Assembly: GCA_030646755.1 (NCBI GenBank)
Contig: JAUSKU010000036.1
Span: forward strand, 3,465 to 67,464
Length of the DNA: 64,000 nt
DNA from: Deltaproteobacteria bacterium
GTDB lineage: Bacteria > Desulfobacterota > JAENJC01
Reading direction: 5' to 3'
Below are positions 46,337 to 57,901 of the stretch, one piece after another. The notes under the pieces were generated by a model. It was not told the DNA's origin. It searched no databases and worked only from the letters and a program-made list of their open reading frames with translations. Every line of letters begins with the position of its first letter. Positions within the stretch are counted from its first letter, which is position 1. The position numbers and the translations under genes are program-made.

Positions 46337-46501
46337 TTATATCCGCTTCTCGTATTTTTGGGAATCGTTTATCCCCTCATTTTACAACCCTTTCCACTCC
46401 CCGCCATGCCGCCCTTTTCTTAATGATATTTCTCGCAAAGGGTGCAAAAAATTGTTAACGCCCTCTGGCCCCCTCTTAAAATAAGTGGGGGAATATTCAT
46501 C

Positions 46502-46585
46502 GGCCCCTCACCCTCTACCCATCCGGGCATCGAGATCCCCTGCTTGGGGCGAGAGGAATATTAGAATGTGGTGATTCCATTGTGG
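46502..46585 (+). repeat. Second repeat family, copy b
   Basis: See 45796..45865. It shares both ends and has a 14-nt longer middle. Confidence 0.7.
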
Positions 46586-46629
46586 GGTCGTGGGGTCAGG
46601 CTTTGTTATTTTGATATTTTGAAATAAAC

Positions 46630-46665
46630 CCTCTGGATTCCGGCTTAAAAACTGCCGGAATGACA
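46630..46665 (-). repeat. Conserved hairpin element, copy 2 (attccggc/gccggaat)
   Basis: Its reverse complement aligns with 29366..29401. The stem C:G pair is replaced by G:C. It lies 25 nt downstream of the minus-strand vapC stop. Confidence 0.6.
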
Positions 46666-46689
46666 TTATCAAAAAGACTTTTGCGGAAA

Positions 46690-47148
46690 CTAATTCTTGA
46701 GCGGGTTTATTGTCTTTATTGTGGGCGAGAAAGGCTTAAAGTGATCGCTGTTGGCCGTATAAATTTCATAAACGCCGTTGTCTATCATGGTGGCAGCGAG
46801 AAGATAATCAAAGATAGACTGGGCTTTGGGTTTATGTTTAGCGATTAGTTCTGTAACGGTATTGAAGGTCTGAGATGTGGGGGTAATGCCTTGTATCGCT
46901 TCCTGATCTTTGTAGAAATCAATAAGCTCTTTTGCCTTCAAGGGGGATAAAGGATGTTCAACTCTTCTCTTGTCGGTTATAACGGCATAAAGCTCAATAA
47001 GGTTTTGTATGGCGATAGCTGCCCTGATTTGGCTGTTTATAGCCTTTTCAACAAGGGCCTTGCATGGGATATGGAATGGAGAGTCCTCGTTGTTGGCGTA
47101 CACGAGGATGTTGGTGTCAAGCAAGCTTACGGTCAAGGTATTCTCCAT
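46690..47148 (-). CDS. vapC: PIN-domain toxin (VapC)
   Basis: MENTLTVSLLDTNILVYANNEDSPFH.. with C-terminal DYLLAATMIDNGVYEIYTANSDHFKPF. The start is uncertain (ATG 47148, track ATG 47166, or TTG near 47124). Confidence 0.8.
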   Translation of the reverse strand: MENTLTVSLLDTNILVYANNEDSPFHIPCKALVEKAINSQIRAAIAIQNLIELYAVITDKRRVEHPLSPLKAKELIDFYKDQEAIQGITPTSQTFNTVTELIAKHKPKAQSIFDYLLAATMIDNGVYEIYTANSDHFKPFSPTIKTINPLKN

Positions 47149-47353
47149 AGAGAGCGCCTCTATCAATTGCGCCCTTTTCTATATGACCGAGATGGAAGGT
47201 CGGAATTGTCACATGGCGCGGCGTCTTCTTTGCCTTTGCCGGTATCTCTTTTGTTTTCAGGTATTCAGCAAAGTCAACTACCTCATGGAGTTTATCAGGT
47301 GGAAGCTCTTTTAGGATATTTAATATCTTTTGTTGTTCGGTCTGTTGCAGCAT
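47117..47353 (-). CDS. DUF2281-like antitoxin (VapB-type partner)
   Basis: ILKELPPDKLHEVVDFAEYLKTK is the typical DUF2281 N-terminus. It overlaps the vapC start. Confidence 0.7.
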   Translation of the reverse strand: MLQQTEQQKILNILKELPPDKLHEVVDFAEYLKTKEIPAKAKKTPRHVTIPTFHLGHIEKGAIDRGALYGEYLDRKLA

Positions 47354-47446
47354 GTTTATCCTCCTTTATTTGTTTTAAATTTATCAAAGGAGCGGGGCGT
47401 TAGTCAAGGATATTGTGGATTAGTGTGGTAGCAAAAACGCAGAGCG

Positions 47447-47617
47447 CAAAAAAGGGGAGAAGGTAAAGGCCGTAATTGAGGCTGAGAAATTCGATAAAGA
47501 GGGGTTTTTAGGGCTTTCCGGGATATGGAAGGATAGGTCGGCAGACAAGATCGGTATATACAATAAAGTTCTTGAAGAGCGGGAGAGCTTCGGGAGGGGC
47601 GAGGTCAAGCTTTGATA
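47447..47617 (+). pseudogene. 5'-truncated duplicate of the AbrB-type antitoxin gene (copy of 46049..46219)
   Basis: A 171-nt direct repeat with 4 mismatches by eye. It lacks the first ~29 codons and a promoter. Confidence 0.7.
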
Positions 47618-47989
47618 AACGGAGAAACGGGGACGCAACCCTTTGAAGGGGATCGTGGGGTCAGGCTTAGGGAGCCGAAACTGACGCGGGGTCAAGTTTT
47701 TGATCTTGAATATTTATAATATTATTGAACCGGTTCCCCGCCACAGATTGCCATCCGCCAAGCCCCTAAATCCAGATTCCCGACCACACCAATCCAATCT
47801 CATTCAAACAATTGCCACCCATTGAAGAACACAACTTCTTTAACCCTCCCTTAATCTCTCCCCCTTTATAATCGACCCATACTTAACATTAAAGGAGGCG
47901 TTTATGTCTGAGGAGATTAAAAAGAATGGAAGCAGGAGTGGCAATTATTTTAGCCATTGACTTACACAGACTAAAAACCCTTCTTTTAA

Positions 47990-49405
<1,416 letters not shown>

Positions 49406-49407
49406 TA

Positions 49408-49490
49408 ACCCCACCCTCACCTTAATCCTCTCCCTGAGGGAGAGGAAATTTCCCTCACCTTCAAGGGGAGGGTAAGGGTGGGGATGGGGT
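49408..49490 (-). repeat. Nested-palindrome REP/MITE-like element, copy 2 (inverted orientation)
   Basis: Its reverse complement aligns with copies 1 and 3. It starts 3 nt after the eno stop. Confidence 0.8.
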
Positions 49491-49511
49491 ATAAAACATT
49501 TTCGGAGCTAA

Positions 49512-49805
49512 ATGTCCCAACTCTTTCCAAGATTGCTAAAGATAGTATTGCCCATTGTTATAATAACCGGGCTCCTGACCGTCTTTGGTGAAAGGGGGCT
49601 TGTAAAGGCCTACCGTCTGTCTAACGAGAGGGATGAGATCAGGGCCAAGGTCGAAAAACTCGGAAGAGAAAATCAGTACCTGAGGGGAGAGCTGGTTGCC
49701 CTGAGGAGTGACCATCATTACATAGAGGATATGGCACGGAAGGAGCTTGGGTTTGTAAGGGAAGGTGAAACGGTTTACCGTTTCAGGGACGAATCGATGA
49801 AATGA
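49512..49805 (+). CDS. ftsB: Septum formation initiator (FtsB/DivIC family)
   Basis: A TM segment then a coiled coil, ENQYLRGELVALRSDHHYIEDMARKELGFVREGETVYRF. It occupies the conserved position after eno. Confidence 0.8.
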   Translation: MSQLFPRLLKIVLPIVIITGLLTVFGERGLVKAYRLSNERDEIRAKVEKLGRENQYLRGELVALRSDHHYIEDMARKELGFVREGETVYRFRDESMK

Positions 49806-50986
49806 GAGAGGGGTTCTTTGTGAAAAAAAGTGCAATATCGATAATAGGCATACTTATTATAGCGGCAATTGCCGCTATTTTTTTATTCAAAGGAGAGAGT
49901 AATAAAGAAAAGGGATTTAAGACGGAAAAGGCTGCCAGGGGCGAGATAGTTTCGACTGTTACTGCTACAGGAACCGTTAATGCAGTTACTACGGTCCTCG
50001 TGGGGACCCAGGTCTCAGGGACGATAAAAAGCATCTATGTGGACTTCAACTCGTCTGTTAAAAAGGGCCAGATTATAGCCCAGATAGACCCTGCCACCTT
50101 CGAGGCGCAGGTGGAACAGGCGAAGGCGAACCTCCTTTCAGCCAGGGCAAGCCTGGAAAAGGCAGAGGCAGCATTTCTTGATGCAAAGAGGACAATGGAC
50201 AGGAACAGGGAGCTCTTTTCACGGAATCTATCTGCAAAAAGTGAACTTGATACGTCAGAGACGAATTATGAATCGGCGAAGGCCCAGGTGAGCGTTGCGA
50301 AGGCCCAGATAGCCCAGGCAGAGGCTTCATTAAGGCTTTCAGAGACAAATCTCAGATATGCGAAGATAGTTTCTCCGGTAGATGGAACCATTGTCTCAAG
50401 AAATGTGGATGTGGGCCAGACCGTTGCCGCCAGCTTCCAGACCCCCACTCTTTTTAATATAGCCCAGGACCTGACGAAGATGCAGATAGACACGAACGTT
50501 GCCGAGGCGGACATCGGGAAGATCGAGGTCGGTCAACCTGTGGAGTTTACTGTGGATGCCTATCCGGAAATCACATTTAAGGGAAGGGTATCTGAGATAA
50601 GGAATGCCCCGATAGTAGTCCAGAACGTGGTAACCTATGATGTTGTAGTCAAGGTGGATAATCCTGAACTCAAGCTGAAGCCGGGAATGACTGCAAATGT
50701 CTCCATAATAGTATCTGAAAAGAAGGGCGTCCTTAAGATACCAAATGCAGCATTGCGGTTCATGCCTTCTGAGATGCGTAAGAAGGATGCGATGAAGGAA
50801 AAAGGGAGCGCGGTCTGGATAATAGAGGGAGGAAAGCCGAAGCGGGTTAAGGTGTCGACCGGCATAAGCGACGGTAGCTTTACTGAACTGGTCCTGGGCG
50901 ATATAAGGGATGGGCAGGAGATCATAGTGGAATCCCTTGCTAAGCCAAAGAATCAGACCAGGCAGACCGGTCCGAGGATGTTCTGA
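49802..50986 (+). CDS. Efflux periplasmic adaptor subunit (HlyD/MacA family)
   Basis: [40 protein letters not shown], a coiled-coil hairpin and a beta-barrel C-terminus. ATGA overlap with ftsB. Confidence 0.85.
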   Translation: MREGFFVKKSAISIIGILIIAAIAAIFLFKGESNKEKGFKTEKAARGEIVSTVTATGTVNAVTTVLVGTQVSGTIKSIYVDFNSSVKKGQIIAQIDPATFEAQVEQAKANLLSARASLEKAEAAFLDAKRTMDRNRELFSRNLSAKSELDTSETNYESAKAQVSVAKAQIAQAEASLRLSETNLRYAKIVSPVDGTIVSRNVDVGQTVAASFQTPTLFNIAQDLTKMQIDTNVAEADIGKIEVGQPVEFTVDAYPEITFKGRVSEIRNAPIVVQNVVTYDVVVKVDNPELKLKPGMTANVSIIVSEKKGVLKIPNAALRFMPSEMRKKDAMKEKGSAVWIIEGGKPKRVKVSTGISDGSFTELVLGDIRDGQEIIVESLAKPKNQTRQTGPRMF

Positions 50987-51678
50987 TGGCCCTCATTGAA
51001 GCTCAAGAGATTGCCAAGATTTACAGGCTCGGCGATATCGAAGTCTGCGCACTCTGCGCCGTTTCGGTCAGTATTGCGAGAGGCGAGTTCATAGCCATTA
51101 TGGGGCCGTCCGGTTCCGGTAAGTCCACCTTTATGAACATCCTGGGCTGTCTTGACAAGCCTTCAAGCGGGAGATATTCCATCGAGGGGGTCGATGTCGC
51201 AGGGCTTCCAAGGGATGCTCTCGCAGTGATCAGGAACAAGAAGATAGGTTTTGTCTTCCAGGGGTTCAACCTCCTGCCGAGGACATCCGCCCTTGAAAAC
51301 GTCGAATTGCCCATGCTTTACGACGGCTTACCTGCGGGGGAGAGGAGGGAGAAGGCGGCGGCGGCCCTTACGAAGGTCGGGCTATCAGGCAGGGAGAACC
51401 ACCACCCCAACCAGCTTTCAGGCGGCCAGCAGCAGAGGGTGGCTATAGCAAGGGCACTCGTGAACAATGCCCCCATAATCCTCGCGGACGAGCCGACCGG
51501 GAATCTCGACACAAAGACCAGCGCAGAGATAATGGAGCTTTTTGTAAGGCTGAACGAAGAGTCGAATATAACGGTGATACTCGTCACCCATGAACATGAC
51601 ATCGCCGCATACAGCAAGCGAGTAATAAGGTTCCTTGACGGCAAGGTAGTCAGCGACGGACCGGCAAGGGGTTTATGA
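50986..51678 (+). CDS. ABC transporter ATP-binding protein (MacB/LolD type)
   Basis: Walker [10 protein letters not shown], signature [15 protein letters not shown] and Walker [12 protein letters not shown]. Confidence 0.9.
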   Translation: MALIEAQEIAKIYRLGDIEVCALCAVSVSIARGEFIAIMGPSGSGKSTFMNILGCLDKPSSGRYSIEGVDVAGLPRDALAVIRNKKIGFVFQGFNLLPRTSALENVELPMLYDGLPAGERREKAAAALTKVGLSGRENHHPNQLSGGQQQRVAIARALVNNAPIILADEPTGNLDTKTSAEIMELFVRLNEESNITVILVTHEHDIAAYSKRVIRFLDGKVVSDGPARGL

Positions 51679-52904
51679 TCAATATACCTTCCACAATAAA
51701 GATATCTCTCAGATCAATAAGGGTAAACAAGATGCGCTCGGCCCTTACCATGCTTGGGATAATAATAGGGGTAGGGGCCGTCATCACCATGCTTGCCGTA
51801 GGCACCGGGGCCCGCCAGAAGATAGAGGAGCAGATAGCGAGCATGGGGAGCAACCTCCTCATTGTGCTACCCGGTGCTACAACAGCCGGGGGCGTCAGGA
51901 TGGGCGCTGGGACCCAGTCTACCCTTTCGATGGGTGATGCAGAGGCCATACAGAAGGAGTGCCCGGCTGTGCTTTATGTGGCCCCGGTTCTTGGCGGGGT
52001 CGCCCAAGTGGTTTATGGAAACCAGAACTGGTCAACGGGGGTCACAGGCACGACCCCCGGCATATTTGACATCAGGGATTGGCGGTTTTCTGAGGGGAGA
52101 CCCTTCACCGATGACGATGTCAGGAGCGCCTCAAAGGTCTGCATTTTGGGGCAGACCGTAGTTGACAACCTCTTCGGAAGCATTGACCCCATAGGCCAGA
52201 TCGTGAGAATAAAAAATGTCCCTTTTACCGTGATCGGCGTCGTTGAGAGAAAGGGGCAGTCCGCTACCGGGCAGGACCAGGATGACACTATTTTCATACC
52301 GGTGACGACGGCCCAGAAAAAGCTCTTTGGAACAGCATTCCCCGGCATGGTAAGGATTATTTCAGTGAAGGCAAAGAGCGCCGAGGATTTGTCGTCCGCC
52401 GAAAAACAGATAACGGAACTGCTAAGGCAGAGACATCGTATCGGCCCTAAGCAGGATGACGATTTCAGCGTGAGGAACCTCACGCAGATGATGCAGGCAG
52501 CCGAGCAGTCAACAAGGGTCATGGGCTGGCTGCTTGGCTCTGTTGCCTCAGTTTCTCTCCTGGTCGGCGGTATCGGGATAATGAACATAATGCTTGTTTC
52601 TGTTACGGAGAGGACAAGGGAGATAGGAATACGGATGGCTGTGGGGGCTAAGACTTGGGACATCAGGCTTCAGTTCCTTATTGAGGCCCTTATCCTGTCT
52701 TTAATCGGAGGCATTTTCGGGATCATTCTTGGGATATCAGGTTCACAACTGCTGTCAATGATGGCAGATTGGCCTACCATTGTTTCACCGCTATCCATAC
52801 TCCTCGCATTCAGTTTTTCCGGCATTGTGGGAATATTTTTCGGGTATTATCCTGCAATGAAGGCCTCAAGGCTTGATCCGATTGAGGCTTTGAGGTATGA
52901 ATAA
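51675..52904 (+). CDS. ABC transporter permease (MacB/FtsX family)
   Basis: MacB-type periplasmic domain followed by an FtsX-like 4-TM layout, ending [18 protein letters not shown]. Confidence 0.9.
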   Translation: MINIPSTIKISLRSIRVNKMRSALTMLGIIIGVGAVITMLAVGTGARQKIEEQIASMGSNLLIVLPGATTAGGVRMGAGTQSTLSMGDAEAIQKECPAVLYVAPVLGGVAQVVYGNQNWSTGVTGTTPGIFDIRDWRFSEGRPFTDDDVRSASKVCILGQTVVDNLFGSIDPIGQIVRIKNVPFTVIGVVERKGQSATGQDQDDTIFIPVTTAQKKLFGTAFPGMVRIISVKAKSAEDLSSAEKQITELLRQRHRIGPKQDDDFSVRNLTQMMQAAEQSTRVMGWLLGSVASVSLLVGGIGIMNIMLVSVTERTREIGIRMAVGAKTWDIRLQFLIEALILSLIGGIFGIILGISGSQLLSMMADWPTIVSPLSILLAFSFSGIVGIFFGYYPAMKASRLDPIEALRYE

Positions 52905-52946
52905 GGAATTGTGGCCGTGTGTAATGCAGTTTTTACTAAAAAATCA

Positions 52947-52975
52947 TTGACACGAAGGTCGATATTAACTATCAT
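52947..52975 (+). promoter_or_regulatory. Sigma70-type promoter of tRNA-Gly
   Basis: TTGACA (52947-52952), a 17-nt spacer, then TATCAT (52970-52975), 9 nt before the tRNA 5' end. Confidence 0.6.
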
Positions 52976-52984
52976 AAACAAAAT

Positions 52985-53060
52985 GCGGGCGTAGCGCAGC
53001 TGGTAGCGTAGAAGCTTCCCAAGCTTTTGGTCGCGGGTTCGAATCCCGTCGCCCGCTCCA
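52985..53060 (+). tRNA. tRNA-Gly (anticodon CCC)
   Basis: Manual cloverleaf: acceptor GCGGGCG/CGCCCGC, anticodon arm GAAGC-TTCCCAA-GCTTT, T arm GCGGG-TTCGAAT-CCCGT, with an encoded CCA. Confidence 0.92.
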
Positions 53061-53070
53061 AGGAATTAAG

Positions 53071-53098
53071 AAGGCGGCATATGCCGCCTTTATTTTTT
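53071..53098 (+). terminator. Intrinsic terminator after tRNA-Gly
   Basis: Perfect stem aaggcggc/gccgcctt with loop atat, followed by tattttttcc. Confidence 0.75.
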
Positions 53099-53160
53099 CC
53101 TTGCATGGTGCTTAACTTTGTGCTAAAAGAACAGAATCATTCGCATCAGGTTATTACAGA

Positions 53161-53187
53161 AAGTGGGCGTCTGCCCACTTTTTTTTT
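53161..53187 (+). terminator. Second intrinsic terminator/attenuator immediately upstream of rimP
   Basis: Stem aagtgggc/gcccactt with loop gtct, then T7. It ends 10 nt before the rimP ATG. Confidence 0.65.
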
Positions 53188-53197
53188 AGGATTTTAC

Positions 53198-53662
53198 ATG
53201 GAAAAGGAAGAAAGCGTTGCAGAGAAGGTTTCCTCCATTGTCATGCCGATCCTTGATAAGGCAGGAATGGAGCTTGTGGACCTGGAATATCGGAAGGAAG
53301 GGAGCGGCTGGGTCCTTCGGCTTTTTATAGACAGGGAAGGCGGGGTTACCCTTGACGATTGCGCCGATATAAGCCGGGAGGTGGATGCAGTCCTTGATGC
53401 CGAGGACATAATCCACCGCGAATACAACCTTGAGGTATCTTCGCCGGGTTTGAACAGGCCCTTGAAAAAGGAGGCCGATTTTAAGCGGTTTGCCGGGAGG
53501 CTGGCAAAGATTAAGACATTTGAGGCGATCGAGGCAAGCAAGAACTTTAAGGGAAGGATAGAGAGTTGCGAAGAAGGGATGGTCGCCCTTAACGTGGATG
53601 GGGTGACACACCGGATCCCGTTATCAAAGATAGCTAAGGCAAATTTGGAAATCGAGTTTTAA
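53198..53662 (+). CDS. rimP: Ribosome maturation factor RimP
   Basis: ELVDLEYRKEGSGWVLRLFIDREGGVTLDDCADISREV..YNLEVSSPGLNRPL. The track start at 53027 runs through the tRNA and both terminators. Confidence 0.9.
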   Translation: MEKEESVAEKVSSIVMPILDKAGMELVDLEYRKEGSGWVLRLFIDREGGVTLDDCADISREVDAVLDAEDIIHREYNLEVSSPGLNRPLKKEADFKRFAGRLAKIKTFEAIEASKNFKGRIESCEEGMVALNVDGVTHRIPLSKIAKANLEIEF

Positions 53663-53676
53663 TACGGAGGTAGGAT

Positions 53677-54816
53677 ATGATCCTTGAACTTAACCGGGTT
53701 CTGGAACAGGTAGGTAAGGACAAAGGGATAGACAAAGGTGTTCTTGTAGATGCTGTTGAGCAAGCGGTGCTTATCGCATCCAAGAAAAAATATGGCATAA
53801 ATAAAGAGATAGAGGCCCACTACAATGAAGAGATGGGGGAGGTTGAGCTGTTCCAGTTCAGGACGGTAGTGGAGGATGTGGCCGACCCGGACAATGAGAT
53901 ATCCATTGATATGGCCAGGGAAGAGGATCCCGGGGTTGAGGTAGGGGACAGCCTTGGCACGAAACTTGAGGCGTCCGGCTTCGGAAGGATTGCAGCCCAG
54001 GCCGCAAAGCAGATCATTGTCCAGAAACTGAGGGATGCCGAAAGAGACAATATATATAACGAATTCAGGGAAAGGAAAGGGGAGATCCTTAACGGGATAG
54101 TAAAGAGGTTCGAACACGGCGATATGGTGGTTGACCTCGGAAAGACAGAGGCAATTCTTTCTCATAAGGAGCAGGTTCCAGGGGAGAGTTACAGGCCTAC
54201 CGAGCGGGTGAGGGCCTATCTCGTTGATGTGAAAAAGACCTCAAAGGGTCCTCAGATAATCCTTTCAAGGACCCACCCCGGCATGGTTGCAAAACTCTTT
54301 GAATTAGAGGTGCCGGAGATACACGAAGGCATCGTGAAGATAAAGAACGTCGTCAGGGAGCCGGGCAGCAGGGTAAAGATTGCCGTCGTGAGCGAGGACA
54401 GGGACATAGATCCGGTGGGAGCATGCGTGGGGATGAAGGGTAGCCGTGTGCAGGCCGTGGTCCAGGAACTGAAGGGCGAGAAGATAGATATAGTTGAATG
54501 GGTGGACGACCCTGCCAGGTTTGTATGTAACGCCCTGTCCCCGGCACAGATAGCAAAGGTTCTCGTTAACGATGCCGAAAAGACGATGGAGGTCATAGTC
54601 CCTGACAACCAGCTTTCTCTTGCCATCGGAAAGAGGGGGCAGAACGTGAGGCTTGCCGCCAAGCTGACCGGGTGGAAGATTGACATATTCAGCGAATCCA
54701 AAAAGGCCCAGCTGATGGAGGTCGAGAAGGCCTTGTGGGAGATACCGACGGTTTCGGAAGAAGAAGGTACTGAAGAGGGTGCCGAGGAAGAAAAGACAAT
54801 GGAGGAGAATGAGTAG
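53677..54816 (+). CDS. nusA: Transcription termination/antitermination factor NusA
   Basis: N-terminal domain, S1 domain ([21 protein letters not shown]), KH1/KH2 ([28 protein letters not shown]). Confidence 0.95.
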   Translation: MILELNRVLEQVGKDKGIDKGVLVDAVEQAVLIASKKKYGINKEIEAHYNEEMGEVELFQFRTVVEDVADPDNEISIDMAREEDPGVEVGDSLGTKLEASGFGRIAAQAAKQIIVQKLRDAERDNIYNEFRERKGEILNGIVKRFEHGDMVVDLGKTEAILSHKEQVPGESYRPTERVRAYLVDVKKTSKGPQIILSRTHPGMVAKLFELEVPEIHEGIVKIKNVVREPGSRVKIAVVSEDRDIDPVGACVGMKGSRVQAVVQELKGEKIDIVEWVDDPARFVCNALSPAQIAKVLVNDAEKTMEVIVPDNQLSLAIGKRGQNVRLAAKLTGWKIDIFSESKKAQLMEVEKALWEIPTVSEEEGTEEGAEEEKTMEENE

Positions 54817-55492
54817 GGCTGAAGATGATGCCGGTAATGGGGAGACAAAGGGACAGCCGCCGGAGGGTCATAGCTGTGCCCGGGAACCGGACAAAATCAA
54901 AACCAGGACTTGCCTGGGCTGCAGAGAGAGTAAGGATAAGGGGGATCTTGTCAGGCTTGTAGCAGGGCCGGACGGAGTTGTAGTTATTGACTATAAAGGT
55001 AATCTCCCTGGGAGAGGGTCTTATGTTTGCCCAAAGGAGTCGTGCATAAGGGGGGCCTTTTCAAGGAAGCAGTTGCAAAGGGCATTTAATGGTGCACGAA
55101 CAGAGGGAGTGGAAGAGTTTCTAAACCACTTGAGGAAAAAGGTTCTGGAGAGGGTCCTTTCCATGCTGTCCATTTCCAGAAAGGCTGGAAAGATAGTTGA
55201 TGGAAGGGAGGCCGTTGAAAAGGGGATGGAGAAGGGAAAGATAGTTCTTCTCCTTTTGGCGCAAGACCTTTCAGCCGGAAGCATGAAACAGATGACGGAG
55301 AAATGTCTCAGCAGAGGGATAAAATATTATATATGCCTTTCAAAGGATGAGATAGGCGACTTCCTTGGGAAAGGGGAGAGAGTCGCCGTTGGTATAACGG
55401 ATAAATCCCTTTCCGCATTGCTGGAGAAGGAGTTTTGTAGGCTGAGGAGTCTGGGGAGTATGGCTTTAGGGGGGAATAAATGTCTAAGATAA
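54809..55492 (+). CDS. YlxR (DUF448) RNA-binding domain fused to an L7Ae/YlxQ-like domain
   Basis: [30 protein letters not shown] (YlxR) is followed by [34 protein letters not shown] (L7Ae-like). ATG 54809 follows a GGAGGAG SD and overlaps the nusA stop. Confidence 0.75.
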   Translation: MSRAEDDAGNGETKGQPPEGHSCAREPDKIKTRTCLGCRESKDKGDLVRLVAGPDGVVVIDYKGNLPGRGSYVCPKESCIRGAFSRKQLQRAFNGARTEGVEEFLNHLRKKVLERVLSMLSISRKAGKIVDGREAVEKGMEKGKIVLLLLAQDLSAGSMKQMTEKCLSRGIKYYICLSKDEIGDFLGKGERVAVGITDKSLSALLEKEFCRLRSLGSMALGGNKCLR

Positions 55493-57828
55493 GGGTCCGC
55501 GAACTTGCGAAGGAATTGGGGGTTGAGAACAAGGAACTCATTGACAGGTGCAAAGAGCTTGGATTTGGTGATAAGGGGCCGTCTCACGGTCTTGAAAACA
55601 GTGAGGTAGATAAGCTTAGGAAGGCCTTCAAGCCACGTGAAGAGGCGCTCCCGGAAGATAAGCAGGTTGTTGTGGAAAAGAAGGTTACCCTTGACGACAG
55701 GGAGATGTCTGTAGAAGAGAGAAGGGTAAAGTCTACAGTTATCAGGAGGAGGACTAAAGAGGTTGAGGTTAAACCACAGGTGGTTGAACCGCCTAAGCCG
55801 GTGATAGTGGAAATGGCTCCAGAGGCAGAGGTTACGGCCCCTGTCGAGGCAGCTCCTGTTCCGGAGATACCTCCTGCCCCTGTAGCAGAAGAGGAGAAGC
55901 CCAAGGAGGAAGTTAAGGGAAAGAAAAAAGATAAGGCCCTGAAAAAGGCAGAGTTATTGGAGCGCAAGGAGCGGGTATTTAAGCCGGTCCCGACCTTCAG
56001 AGGGAAGAAGAGAGGGGCAAGGGTAGCGCTTCCTGCCGGGGCCAAGAAGACGGAGATCACGGTTCCAAAGGCCATAAAAAGGGTCATAAAGATTTCTGAT
56101 GTCATACAGGTCGCCGAACTGGCCAAGAGGATGGGGATAAAGGCCGGAGAGGTCATAAAGAAGTTGTTCAGCCTTGGTATCATGGCCACCATAAATCAGG
56201 CTGTAGATATAGATGCGGCATCCCTTGTGGCCCATGACTTCGGTTACGAGGTTGAGAGGGTCGGGATGGAGGTCGTGGAGGAGATGCTTGAGGAGACCCC
56301 CGAAGTACCGGAAAAGATGGTGCTGAGGCCTCCTGTTGTTACCGTTATGGGGCATGTAGACCACGGGAAGACATCCCTTTTGGACGCCATAAGGCAGACA
56401 GATGTGGCGGCTGGAGAGGCCGGGGGGATAACCCAGCACATAGGCGCCCACCATGTGAAACTTGAGAGAGGGGATCTGGTTTTCCTCGACACCCCGGGCC
56501 ATGAGGCGTTTACTGCCATGAGGGCAAGAGGGGCCCAGGTCACCGACTTTGTTATACTTGTTGTAGCTGCAGACGACGGGGTAATGCCCCAGACCGTTGA
56601 GGCCCTCAACCATGCGAAGGCTGCCGGTGTTCCAATAATCGTGGCGGTTAATAAGATAGATAAACCTGGAGCCAACCCTGACAAGGTAAAGCAGGCTTTA
56701 AGTGATCACGGCCTTCTTGCGGAGGATTGGGGAGGGGACACGATCTTTGTCAACGTATCGGCAAAGCAGAGGACAGGTATAAAGGAGCTCCTGGAGATGA
56801 TAATCCTTCAGGCAGAGGTAATGGAGCTCAAGGCCAATCCCGACAAGCTTGCCAAGGGAACCATCATAGAGGCAAAGCTTGATAAGGGGAGAGGGCCGGT
56901 AGCTACAGTCCTAGTTGAGGAAGGTACCCTTAAGGTTGGAGACCCGTTCGTTGCCGGAGTCCATTTCGGAAGGATCAGGGCCATGATAGATGATAAGGGG
57001 GCAAAGGTAGAAAAGGCAGGCCCATCAATGCCGGTGGAGGTGCAGGGTCTTCCCGGAGTGCCTCTTGCCGGGGAAAAGTTTATAGTGGTCTCCGATGAGA
57101 AGAAGGCAAGGGAGATAGGCACATACAGGCAGATGAAGCTGAGGGAGACCGAGCTCTCAAAGAGCAGCAAGGTATCCCTGGAAGATCTATACAACAAGAT
57201 TAAGGAGGGAGAGGTTAAAGAACTGGGAATCATAATCAAGGCCGATGTTCACGGTTCCGTAGAGGCCTTGGCCGAATCTCTTCAGAAGCTTTCAACCGAG
57301 GCCATAAAACTAAAGGTGCTTCATGGTTCCGTAGGCGCCATAACAGAGACCGATGTCTTGCTGGCCGCAGCCTCCAATGCCATAATTATAGGCTTCCATG
57401 TCCGTCCCGATGCCAAGGTCCATTCCCTCGCAGAGCAGGAAGGCGTAGATATAAGGCTTTACAATATCATCTATGAAGTGATAGATGATGTAAAAAAGGC
57501 CATGGAGGGGCTCCTTACGCCAACACTCAAGGAAGTTGTCCTTGGAAGGGCTGAGATCAGAGAGGTATTCAGCGTCCCTAAGATCGGAAACATTGGCGGA
57601 TGCTTCATAACCGACGGAAAGATAACCAGGGTCGCCAGGGTGAGACTTATCAGGGACGGGATAGTGCTCCATGACGGGAAGATGGCCTCTTTGAGAAGGT
57701 TCAAGGATGATGTAAAAGAGGTCCAGTCCGGGTATGAATGCGGTATCGGTATAGAGAACTATAACGACATCAAGACAGGTGATGTAATAGAGGCGTATAT
57801 TCAGGAGAAGGTGGCAGCTAAATTATAA
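55480..57828 (+). CDS. infB: Translation initiation factor IF-2
   Basis: Starts [15 protein letters not shown]. GTPase domain [30 protein letters not shown]-terminal domains are present. Confidence 0.95.
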   Translation: MSKIRVRELAKELGVENKELIDRCKELGFGDKGPSHGLENSEVDKLRKAFKPREEALPEDKQVVVEKKVTLDDREMSVEERRVKSTVIRRRTKEVEVKPQVVEPPKPVIVEMAPEAEVTAPVEAAPVPEIPPAPVAEEEKPKEEVKGKKKDKALKKAELLERKERVFKPVPTFRGKKRGARVALPAGAKKTEITVPKAIKRVIKISDVIQVAELAKRMGIKAGEVIKKLFSLGIMATINQAVDIDAASLVAHDFGYEVERVGMEVVEEMLEETPEVPEKMVLRPPVVTVMGHVDHGKTSLLDAIRQTDVAAGEAGGITQHIGAHHVKLERGDLVFLDTPGHEAFTAMRARGAQVTDFVILVVAADDGVMPQTVEALNHAKAAGVPIIVAVNKIDKPGANPDKVKQALSDHGLLAEDWGGDTIFVNVSAKQRTGIKELLEMIILQAEVMELKANPDKLAKGTIIEAKLDKGRGPVATVLVEEGTLKVGDPFVAGVHFGRIRAMIDDKGAKVEKAGPSMPVEVQGLPGVPLAGEKFIVVSDEKKAREIGTYRQMKLRETELSKSSKVSLEDLYNKIKEGEVKELGIIIKADVHGSVEALAESLQKLSTEAIKLKVLHGSVGAITETDVLLAAASNAIIIGFHVRPDAKVHSLAEQEGVDIRLYNIIYEVIDDVKKAMEGLLTPTLKEVVLGRAEIREVFSVPKIGNIGGCFITDGKITRVARVRLIRDGIVLHDGKMASLRRFKDDVKEVQSGYECGIGIENYNDIKTGDVIEAYIQEKVAAKL

Positions 57829-57901
57829 AGTGGCCAGTGGCCGGTGATCGGTGATCAGTTGATTGCCGACCACTGACAGCTGATCACTGACCACTGAATT
57901 T

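Noticed and set aside
46582-46594. 13-nt match (gtggggtcgtggg) to the variable-loop/T-stem region of tRNA-Pro at 21700, considered as a possible att remnant
   Set aside because: The match is too short and G-rich to exclude chance. Similarity stops immediately, and no integrase is nearby.
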